NCBI RefSeq assembly: GCF_963967315.1
Contig: NZ_OZ017288.1
Location: 480,001 to 512,000, forward strand
DNA length: 32,000 bases
From: Candidatus Minimicrobia sp. QA0096
GTDB lineage: Bacteria; Patescibacteriota; Saccharimonadia; Saccharimonadales; Saccharimonadaceae
Reading direction: 5' to 3'
The notes below the pieces were generated by a model. It saw nothing but the letters and a program-made list of their open reading frames with translations, had not been told where the DNA came from and did not search any database. Shown here one piece after another: positions 25,569 to 32,000 of this stretch. The translations under genes were made by a program, and so were the position numbers. Position 1 is the first letter of the stretch. Every line of letters begins with the position of its first letter.

Positions 25569-25597
25569 AGTATATATTCTTTCAGCACTTTTTGCAA
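25569..25597 (-). promoter_or_regulatory. Candidate rpmH promoter: -35 TTGCAA, 17-nt spacer, -10 TATACT, 10 nt before the ATG
   Basis: The minus strand reads TTGCAA-aaagtgctgaaagaata-TATACT-atttattgat-ATG. No Shine-Dalgarno is present. Confidence 0.5.
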
Positions 25598-25609
25598 GTC
25601 GACAATGAC

Positions 25610-25726
25610 TTTTCCACTATCGACGTATATTTTTCCACAATTTTAACAGATGAGAATTTTAATTGTGGAAAACTCCACCCCTGTTTTGAATAGTAACCTT
25701 TCTACTCCGTTTATACTTGTGGAAAA
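25610..25726. promoter_or_regulatory. DnaA-box cluster 1 (rpmH-dnaA spacer), candidate oriC half and dnaA autoregulatory site
   Basis: TTTTCCACT 25610-25618, TTTTCCACA 25631-25639, TGTGGAAAA 25664-25672 and TGTGGAAAA 25718-25726. All are one or two mismatches from TTATCCACA. Confidence 0.7.
25631..25672. repeat. 12-bp perfect inverted repeat formed by two convergent DnaA boxes (18-nt spacer)
   Basis: ttttccacaatt (25631-25642) is the exact reverse complement of aattgtggaaaa (25661-25672). Confidence 0.9.
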
Positions 25727-25746
25727 CTCCCCTTATTTGCTATAGT
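25717..25746 (+). promoter_or_regulatory. Candidate dnaA promoter (extended -10 TGcTATAGT; -35 TTGTGG overlapping a DnaA box)
   Basis: TG at 25738-25739 and TATAGT at 25741-25746. TTGTGG at 25717-25722 with 18-nt spacing. This implies a ~30-nt leader containing the Shine-Dalgarno site. Confidence 0.45.
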
Positions 25747-25781
25747 AAAGACAGTTAACAGAATTTGAGGGAGTAATTTTC

Positions 25782-27137
25782 GTGGATAGTCATGCGGTTT
25801 GGCAGGGTGTTTTAGGTGAGATTGAAGTAACTGTATCGTCTTCGTCGTTTACTGCGTGGTTTAAAAATACCAAATTGGAAATAATCTCCGAAAAAGAAGT
25901 TCTTATAATTGCGCCGAATATTTTTGCTAGAACTCAACTTGAAAAGCGATTTCACCCGCAAATATTAGAAGCCTTGGCTCACAATGGCATTAATGCTCCG
26001 TCTATTTCTTATAACGTCGAATCTAGCAATAAAAAACCGCGCGTTAATCGTGAAGTTGATAAAAGCGGACAACAAGAAACAGCGAAGCCTCTGATTTTAC
26101 CATCGAGGAAATCTCATTCTAGTAATCTTAATCCCAGGTATACCTTTGACAACTTCATCGTTGGCTCAAGTAATGATCTTGCCTATGCCGCTTGCCAAGC
26201 CGTCGCCGCACATCCAGGAGAAAAATATAATCCGCTCTATCTTTACGGAGGGTCTGGACTTGGTAAAACTCACTTAATGCAGGCAGTTGGAAATGAGATA
26301 ATTAAAAAGCAGCCATCGGCGCGAGTGCTTTACATTACTACAGAAACGTTTGTTAATGAATTTCTGGATTCTATTCGTTTCAAGAAAAAAGGTTTTTCTG
26401 ATAAATATCGCAATGTCGATGTATTGATTGTCGATGATATGCAATTTATCGCTGGGAAAGAAAAAACTCAGGACGAATTTTTCCATACATTTAACGATCT
26501 TCATCAAAACAACAAGCAAATCATTATTAGCTCAGATAAACCGCCAAAAAGTATTCCTACTCTAACCGATCGTTTGCGTAGTCGATTTGAATGGGGTATG
26601 GCGATCGATATTCAGATGCCCGATTATGAAACTCGTTGTGCTATCGTTAAAGCAAAAGCTGAACTCAGCAACACTGAACTAGATTCCGATGTCGTAGAAT
26701 ATCTGGCGACCAACTTTAAGACGAACATTCGCGAGTTGGAAGGCGCTTTGAATAGACTGCTTGCTTATGCGGAAATGCAGAATTTCACTCCTGATTTAGC
26801 GGCGGCTGAAGGAATCTTGGGAGATATTAAACGCAATAGACCACAACATATAACCGCCAAACAAATAATTGATAAGACGGCGCGCTATTATAATATTGAC
26901 GTAAAAGATATGTGCTCATCCAGGCGAGATAAATTTATCGCGATGCCAAGGCAAATTGCGATGTTTCTTCTGCGTAGTGAGCTGAAAATGAGTTTTCCGA
27001 AAATTGCCCAAGAGCTTGGACGAAAAGACCACACTACCGCTATGCATTCAATTGAAAAAATCACCAAGGAAAGCCTTACTAATGTCAGTATTCGCGAGCA
27101 AATTAACGACATTAAGGATAAATTATATGTTCATTAA
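25782..27137 (+). CDS. dnaA: Chromosomal replication initiator protein DnaA
   Basis: AAA+ Walker A GGSGLGKTHL, Walker B VLIVDDMQF and a C-terminal DNA-binding domain (GRKDHTTAMHS). GTG start with GAGGGAG Shine-Dalgarno 8 nt upstream. Confidence 0.98.
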   Translation: MDSHAVWQGVLGEIEVTVSSSSFTAWFKNTKLEIISEKEVLIIAPNIFARTQLEKRFHPQILEALAHNGINAPSISYNVESSNKKPRVNREVDKSGQQETAKPLILPSRKSHSSNLNPRYTFDNFIVGSSNDLAYAACQAVAAHPGEKYNPLYLYGGSGLGKTHLMQAVGNEIIKKQPSARVLYITTETFVNEFLDSIRFKKKGFSDKYRNVDVLIVDDMQFIAGKEKTQDEFFHTFNDLHQNNKQIIISSDKPPKSIPTLTDRLRSRFEWGMAIDIQMPDYETRCAIVKAKAELSNTELDSDVVEYLATNFKTNIRELEGALNRLLAYAEMQNFTPDLAAAEGILGDIKRNRPQHITAKQIIDKTARYYNIDVKDMCSSRRDKFIAMPRQIAMFLLRSELKMSFPKIAQELGRKDHTTAMHSIEKITKESLTNVSIREQINDIKDKLYVH

Positions 27138-27138
27138 T

Positions 27139-27338
27139 TGTGGAAAAGCTGTGCAGATGTTGTGTTTTTGCGGCGACTTACCAACACACAGATCTGTGGA
27201 AAGAAAACAACAAGTCAGCAGACAGTGGAATAATACACAAATATCCACTATAAAGTCCACAAATAGCACACAGAGTTTTCCACCTATTTTATCGCCACTC
27301 TACCCCTGTTTGAACACATTTTTTACCCAGTTTCCACA
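27139..27338. promoter_or_regulatory. DnaA-box cluster 2 (dnaA-dnaN spacer), candidate oriC core
   Basis: Seven box-like 9-mers. TGTGGAAAA 27139, TGTGGAAAG 27195 and AGTGGAATA 27224 are in reverse orientation. ATATCCACT 27241, AAGTCCACA 27253, TTTTCCACC 27276 and GTTTCCACA 27330 are in forward orientation. Confidence 0.7.
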
Positions 27339-27343
27339 GCACC

Positions 27344-27373
27344 TATTACTATTAAGACTAATTAAAAAATTAA
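27344..27373 (+). other. DnaA-trio-like triplets followed by an A/T-only run (candidate unwinding element)
   Basis: After the last box and a short GC spacer (gcacc), the sequence reads TAT TAC TAT TAA GAC TAA with an A at every middle position, then ttaaaaaattaa. This resembles the box / GC spacer / trio / AT-rich layout described for Bacillus subtilis oriC. It is short and runs into the dnaN ribosome-binding site. Confidence 0.3.
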
Positions 27374-27383
27374 GGAAAGTATA

Positions 27384-28481
27384 ATGAAAGTATCAGTCAC
27401 TCAAGAAAAACTCGCAAAAGCACTTAATCTAATCAAAGATATCGCATCGAGCCGTAATGAACTGCCGATATTAAATAATATTTTACTTCGCACCGATGGA
27501 GGAAGATTATTGATTGCTGGAACGAATTTGGAAATTGCTTCTACTCAATACATTGGTGCGAAAATTGAAGATCATGGATCTATTACAATCCCTGCCCGAT
27601 TGGTATCAGAATTCATTACAAACTTACCAAGCGGTCCAGTGGAACTTGAAACCAAAAACGAACATTTGCATATAACTTCAGGAAAATTCTCATCAGTTAT
27701 CAATGGCGTAGTAGCTGACGAATATCCTGAGCTGCCTACAATTGACGAAAAGACCGCCATGCAATATGAAATTGATGTTGAGGATTTAAAGAAAGCCATA
27801 GTCCAAACGAAGTTGGCTGTTAGCTCTGACGTTACGCGAGCGGTGCTCACGGGAGTTTATTGGCATAATTATGAAGGATCGCTATACTTAGCCGCTACTG
27901 ATGGCTACAGGCTGGCAGAAAAGCGTCTGATAAAGTCGGATAATGAAGTTTCAGCGATCATTCCTGCGTCTACATTGGCGGAAGTCAGTAAGAGCGTCGG
28001 CGATGAGAAGAAAATTACGGTTCTTTTTGACGATTCTCAAGTTTGTTTTAAGACGGGAGATATGGAAATTGTTAGTCGATTAATTGACGGGAAATTCCCT
28101 GATTATCGCCAATTGATTCCAGCGACTGCCGAAACTGAGATCGTTATTAAGAAGTCTGATTTTAGTCGAGTTACGAAAATTGCGGCGTTATTTGCGCGTG
28201 AATCTGGTGGTGGAATTACAATTACCGCATCAGAGGAAAATTCTCTGCTTTCTATTCATTCGATTGCGTCTGAACTTGGTGAGAACACCTCAGAGGCAAC
28301 AGCCAAAATATCCGCAGATGGTCAAGTTACTCTCAATTCGCGCTACCTAACAGAGGTTTTGAATATTATTGACGCGGATGAAATTGTATTCTCATTTAAT
28401 GGTAAATTGTCGCCGTGCGTAATTCGCGAGCAAGTAAAAAATCCTGATTATACACACATTATCATGCCGCTTAAGAGTTAG
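27384..28481 (+). CDS. dnaN: DNA polymerase III beta sliding clamp
   Basis: Typical N-terminus MKVSVTQEKLAKALNLI...PILNNILL. 365 aa. Directly downstream of dnaA. AAGGAAAG Shine-Dalgarno. Confidence 0.97.
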   Translation: MKVSVTQEKLAKALNLIKDIASSRNELPILNNILLRTDGGRLLIAGTNLEIASTQYIGAKIEDHGSITIPARLVSEFITNLPSGPVELETKNEHLHITSGKFSSVINGVVADEYPELPTIDEKTAMQYEIDVEDLKKAIVQTKLAVSSDVTRAVLTGVYWHNYEGSLYLAATDGYRLAEKRLIKSDNEVSAIIPASTLAEVSKSVGDEKKITVLFDDSQVCFKTGDMEIVSRLIDGKFPDYRQLIPATAETEIVIKKSDFSRVTKIAALFARESGGGITITASEENSLLSIHSIASELGENTSEATAKISADGQVTLNSRYLTEVLNIIDADEIVFSFNGKLSPCVIREQVKNPDYTHIIMPLKS

Positions 28482-29121
28482 TAGAAAACGGAGATAATCT
28501 GGAGGCTGTTTCTGATAAAATATCTTCTGGTATATCTTTGGTGTTGTATATAGTATTGATTATTTGTGGCTTAGTTTTAATCACCCATTTGTTATTTTCT
28601 TTCTTCAGAATAACAGTGTAGATATCGCCGGAATTTCTATCTATGACACCTCTCTGATAACTAGCCGCATACCAGTCTGCGTTATTTCCTAGGATAATTT
28701 CTTTTTGAAGTATAAAAGATGATTTTAGCTCTGGATATTTGGCAAATAATACCTCTGAAATATCACTTCTATATTCATTTATTTTACTAGACATGAATTT
28801 TTGGCTATATTCAGTTTTTACAGATATATTTTCATCCGATCCTTTTACGGTAAATTCCGTGGAATTCTCATTGATAGAACCAGATTTAGATGACGTCTTT
28901 ATTATGTATTTGCCGTCTGATAACTGTATCTTAGAATTACCGTTTATCGACGTAATTTCGGAAGTGCTTTTGCTTGTGTTGCGATATATTTTCGCTGACA
29001 GATTTTCCTTATCGAAAGTTATAGATATAGTATGTGTTGGCTGGATGAACATAATCGCTAGCAATATTAACGTTAATATTGCCAATGTAATGCTGCCGAT
29101 GATAATATTCCTTCGATTCAT
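28471..29121 (-). CDS. N-terminally anchored orphan protein (PEGA-like beta domain plus small C-terminal domain)
   Basis: TM anchor IIIGSITLAILTLILLAIMFI. 216 aa. Last gene of the five-gene operon. Its 3' end overlaps the dnaN 3' end by 11 nt (convergent). Confidence 0.55.
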   Translation of the reverse strand: MNRRNIIIGSITLAILTLILLAIMFIQPTHTISITFDKENLSAKIYRNTSKSTSEITSINGNSKIQLSDGKYIIKTSSKSGSINENSTEFTVKGSDENISVKTEYSQKFMSSKINEYRSDISEVLFAKYPELKSSFILQKEIILGNNADWYAASYQRGVIDRNSGDIYTVILKKENNKWVIKTKPQIINTIYNTKDIPEDILSETASRLSPFSTNS

Positions 29122-29123
29122 AA

Positions 29124-29735
29124 TTACTCCGTAAATGTATTAGCGTAGTTTCTAAATGTGATATTTAGTTTTGACGGGTCAAATCCCTGCTCTTTAATCT
29201 TATTGAGGGCAGCATTTCTATATCCTTCTATAGTATCGATTTCTACGATAACTCCATTCTTATGACTAGGGTCTGCCTTATATCCAATTGAATAAATTAA
29301 GTTTTTTATTGGTAATTTTTTAATTATAGGATTGGCGTCTTCTAGTTTTTTTTGTTCATTAGCAAGTCTGTCCGTTGTAGCTCTGTCTATTTCTGATGTT
29401 TTGGAGGAAGACTGCAATTCTTTAATAGCCTCCTCTGTTGTGGGTGTGAGTGCAAAAATTATCCTTAACGGATTACCTTTTTTTACTTCAACATTAATAT
29501 TCTCATCTTTAAAGCCACTTCTTGATGCTTTAAAATTGTACGTTCCTGGTCTTAAATATACGACTTGCGAGCCGATAAATTTTTGACTACCAGTAGTAAT
29601 TTCAGCTTTATCGGGCGAGGTTAGTAGGTAAACCGGAGTGGTGTCATATCTATTTACGTAGGTTATGACGCCATATACTAATGTACTGGCTGATAATAAT
29701 ATTAATATACTGCTAATTATTTTTTTATTCATCAT
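29124..29735 (-). CDS. N-terminally anchored orphan protein with a PEGA-like domain
   Basis: TM anchor IISSILILLSASTLVYGVI. VVYLRPGTYNFKASRSGFKDENINVEVKKG resembles the PEGA motif. The start overlaps the upstream stop (ATGA). Confidence 0.55.
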   Translation of the reverse strand: MMNKKIISSILILLSASTLVYGVITYVNRYDTTPVYLLTSPDKAEITTGSQKFIGSQVVYLRPGTYNFKASRSGFKDENINVEVKKGNPLRIIFALTPTTEEAIKELQSSSKTSEIDRATTDRLANEQKKLEDANPIIKKLPIKNLIYSIGYKADPSHKNGVIVEIDTIEGYRNAALNKIKEQGFDPSKLNITFRNYANTFTE

Positions 29736-30952
29736 TTCTTCCTAAACCAAGTTACGCTTGGTGATGTTAAGCTCTCGTTGCCTGCTTTTGGGGCGTATTC
29801 ACACAATGAGGCGGATGCTATATTTGAGTCAAATCCTTCTATATTACCAACAAAAACAAATGTATGTCCTGGACTATGGGCGACATCACCGGGTTTAAGG
29901 TCTGCTACGTTGATCGAGCTACCGTTACCAAGAGTTTGCCAGTTGGCTTCTGCCCACGCTCTCTGTACGCCAGTCGGCCCAGCTTTACCGCCCTCACCTC
30001 CGTAGTTGTAATTTTTATCAAACCCACTGTCGTTCAAAATCGTTGTTACAAACGCGCCACAATCGACACCGCCGCCATAACACGTACCGCCAGTAAATCT
30101 GTTCTCACTTTTTGCCTTTTCTATAGCTTTTTCGTAATCAGGTTTTTTATCTGTACGAACCCTTTTTTCTGGCCAGGCATAACGTTTGACATAGTCGATA
30201 AAGTCGCCGCCACCGTTTGATGAAGAGCATCCTCCTCCACTTCCGCCTGTACCATTAAATCTTTCATAGATTTTTTGTGCGGCGGCACCGCGTATATTTT
30301 TAACGTCATCTTTTGTCATGGCTGATTTTTCAAAATCGTCATGCCAAAAAACAGTGGCGTCATCAACTGTCTTCAGGGTTTTTAATAATTCCCATGAATT
30401 TGAAGCGGTACCAAATCCACGAGCAGTAACGGGTCTTTCTGTCCCCTCTTGCACTAAATACTCTAATTCGAAGATCAATAGCTTGTCGTTGTCTTCTACC
30501 GGAATAGAATCGACCATACCCTTGTCGTTAGGCGCGCCACCATACTCTTGGCTGTAATATTTTTTTAACTCAGACGGTATTTTATTAGCTATAAGCGTTC
30601 GCCTTCCGAACGTCCACTGGGCAAGTCCCCAACCTCCAGACCCCCATCCTTGACCTACTTCGTGTCTGGTAGGACTAAATCCTGACTCTGCCTGAATATT
30701 AGCCATCACGCCAGCTGTTTGTTCGGCGCTTAATCCTGCGTTGCGTAGATATCCCCAAATCTTTTCTTGGTTATCAGATCCTGATACTCCATTAGAAGAT
30801 GATCCGGAACAAGTTGTTGAATCATTTTCTTTATACCAAAGAATATCGTTTGTTACATATGAATCGGGATATCCTGCCGCCAAAGATACTGGCTGCATAG
30901 TAATAGCAAAAGATATAGCAAAGCAAAGAGCGATAGACAACTTTTTATACAT
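29732..30952 (-). CDS. Secreted two-domain peptidoglycan hydrolase: N-terminal phage-tail-lysozyme-type muramidase plus C-terminal NlpC/P60- or CHAP-like cysteine peptidase (CwlT-like architecture)
   Basis: Signal peptide MYKKLSIALCFAISFAITMQPVSLAA. IWGYLRNAGLSAEQTAGVMANIQAESGF...GWGLAQWT matches the phage tail lysozyme family. A Gly-rich linker follows. The C-terminus has GGVDCGAFVTT (Cys nucleophile context) and AHSPGHTFVFVG (His). Confidence 0.75.
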   Translation of the reverse strand: MYKKLSIALCFAISFAITMQPVSLAAGYPDSYVTNDILWYKENDSTTCSGSSSNGVSGSDNQEKIWGYLRNAGLSAEQTAGVMANIQAESGFSPTRHEVGQGWGSGGWGLAQWTFGRRTLIANKIPSELKKYYSQEYGGAPNDKGMVDSIPVEDNDKLLIFELEYLVQEGTERPVTARGFGTASNSWELLKTLKTVDDATVFWHDDFEKSAMTKDDVKNIRGAAAQKIYERFNGTGGSGGGCSSSNGGGDFIDYVKRYAWPEKRVRTDKKPDYEKAIEKAKSENRFTGGTCYGGGVDCGAFVTTILNDSGFDKNYNYGGEGGKAGPTGVQRAWAEANWQTLGNGSSINVADLKPGDVAHSPGHTFVFVGNIEGFDSNIASASLCEYAPKAGNESLTSPSVTWFRKK

Positions 30953-31394
30953 CAGATCGATTCCTCTTATATTCGTTTATAATATCTGCAGGAACACCAA
31001 TATTTTTTAAGGCGTCTGGGGATTTTCTATCATTAACGCCTGTTATGACTGAATTATTTCTTAGGACTGCATACGTGTTGTAGGTAGATTTGAATTTCTC
31101 GCTATAAATTTCTAGTGCAACCAACTTAAATTCGCCCTGCTCTTTTACTATTGAATACTTTTTTAATTCACGGTTGCCGTAGGTACTAGAGGTAGAATTT
31201 AGTAATTCGGTAATAACTTTCTGTTCTGATGATTGCTCGTGAGTATTATTTTGATTCTCGTTAGTGTTTTGGGATGATGACAGAATAGTTGTGTATTGAT
31301 TGCTGTCAGGGTTTTTAATAATAAGGAAGGTTGCCGTAATACTTACTAAAAATAATACGGATGATATTAGGATAACTTTATTTTCTTTATTCAT
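30945..31394 (-). CDS. N-terminally anchored orphan protein
   Basis: I prefer the ATG at 31394, which overlaps the upstream TAA by 1 nt (TAATG), giving MNKENKVILISSVLFLVSITATFLII. It has a Q/N/S-rich linker and a ~80-aa C-terminal domain. Confidence 0.5.
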   Translation of the reverse strand: MNKENKVILISSVLFLVSITATFLIIKNPDSNQYTTILSSSQNTNENQNNTHEQSSEQKVITELLNSTSSTYGNRELKKYSIVKEQGEFKLVALEIYSEKFKSTYNTYAVLRNNSVITGVNDRKSPDALKNIGVPADIINEYKRNRSDV

Positions 31395-31948
31395 TAGACC
31401 TTCCTCGCATACTCCCAGTGCCATTGTTCGGGGTTACTCCCACCCGGCTCAGCCCAAGCGGGATGTACATAACCGTATTTGTGGGCGTTAGCTTTTAGCC
31501 AATTATATGTAGAAGACCCAAACGCGCCAACTTCAATATCTGCAGCAAGTCCCCAGCCGTGGTTTGATACACACGGGGGAGCTGGAGCTGCTCTTGATCC
31601 TAGCTCTTTACTATATCTAATTTGCGTTGCACAATCTCGATACGCTTCATTAATTATTAAGTCTGACCCGTTATCGGCTTTATACGCTTTATTCATTTCT
31701 TCCATGGCCGCTGCAGCTTTCTTATTCATTTTATTGCCTGACGAGAAAGATAGAGTTTGCAATTCTGAATCTGGAATTCCGCCGTTGCTATGACCTCCCC
31801 ATCCGTCTTGTTGCGCCTCTTCTAATTGAGGTTCGCCAACTGCCTCGCCATTGTCTGGAGCTTTAGCCGTGGTTGAAGGAGCGTCTTCTTCGTCATCTTC
31901 GCCATTGATTGATTGGGCAATTTGGAAATCAATTAATAATACTGACAT
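31394..31948 (-). CDS. Zinc D-Ala-D-Ala carboxypeptidase / peptidase M15B (VanY-like); the 5' end is possibly beyond the window
   Basis: LIINEAYRDCATQ, SNHGWGLAADI and EQWHWEY correspond to the M15 SxHxxGxAxD and EPWH zinc-ligand motifs. The frame stays open from 31948 to base 32000, and no signal peptide is visible, so the true start may be upstream. Confidence 0.8.
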   Translation of the reverse strand: MSVLLIDFQIAQSINGEDDEEDAPSTTAKAPDNGEAVGEPQLEEAQQDGWGGHSNGGIPDSELQTLSFSSGNKMNKKAAAAMEEMNKAYKADNGSDLIINEAYRDCATQIRYSKELGSRAAPAPPCVSNHGWGLAADIEVGAFGSSTYNWLKANAHKYGYVHPAWAEPGGSNPEQWHWEYARKV

Positions 31949-32000
31949 TGCGGAAAGCTTTCTATCGTCGTATTGCTTAGCGGAATTTTCAGCTCCGAAA

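Noticed and set aside
27004-27384. 126-aa plus-strand ORF spanning the dnaA 3' end and the whole dnaA-dnaN spacer
   Set aside because: It overlaps dnaA in another frame, has no ribosome-binding site, and its unique part is exactly the DnaA-box array. The region is better explained as oriC or regulatory DNA.
29732-30952. The CwlT-like hydrolase as proof of an integrative conjugative element
   Set aside because: Only the hydrolase architecture matches. No VirB4, VirD4, relaxase or integrase is present within the window. The question is kept as a hypothesis to test by extending the contig.
28739-31793. Series of plus-strand ORFs (131, 84, 75, 118, 79, 89, 63 and 104 aa) opposite the hydrolase operon
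   Set aside because: These are antisense shadow ORFs of well-supported minus-strand genes. Their compositions are low-complexity or odd, they have no Shine-Dalgarno or promoter signals, and they are mutually overlapping.
1-32000. Alternative genetic code (UGA read as Gly or Trp, as in some CPR lineages and Mollicutes)
   Set aside because: TGA terminates well-supported genes at sensible lengths (for example 1101-1103, 16276-16278 and 29732-29734). All conserved genes are full length under code 11.

Overview
This window covers the replication-origin neighbourhood of a compact, AT-rich, monoderm-style bacterial chromosome. rpmH-rnpA-yidC-jag (minus strand) diverges from dnaA-dnaN (plus strand), and DnaA-box clusters lie on both sides of dnaA. 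Several traits suggest a Patescibacteria/CPR (Saccharibacteria-like) genome: near-zero intergenic spacing, a short YidC, a Jag with only KH and R3H domains, many N-terminally anchored orphan proteins, and the standard code with TGA used as a stop. That assignment is inference and could not be tested here. Bases 1-23629 form one very large envelope-glycan locus that continues past the left edge. It holds ten GT-A/GT-B glycosyltransferase domains (5 GT4-like, 5 GT2-like, including one GT2-GT4 fusion), two large polytopic membrane proteins (possible GT-C), a mannose-1-phosphate guanylyltransferase with two sugar-modifying enzymes, a DAO-type flavoprotein, a Wzm/Wzt-type ABC exporter and a GtrB/GtrA-like pair. 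Embedded in it is a two-gene cassette for an 887-aa secreted protein with a lysozyme-like head and five beta-sandwich repeats, which contains a base-perfect 370-bp internal duplication. Right of dnaN, a tightly coupled five-gene minus-strand operon (28471 to at least 31948, possibly past the right edge) combines an M15 peptidase and a CwlT-like lysozyme plus NlpC/P60-type hydrolase with three anchored orphan proteins. I found no rRNA, tRNA, CRISPR, transposase or integrase. A recurrent pattern is a TATAAT-like -10 box 6-10 nt upstream of ten start codons (eight lead transcription units; yidC and the 21140 GT4 are internal) that have no usable Shine-Dalgarno, which suggests leaderless mRNAs. 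Most other genes inside operons carry strong Shine-Dalgarno sites.
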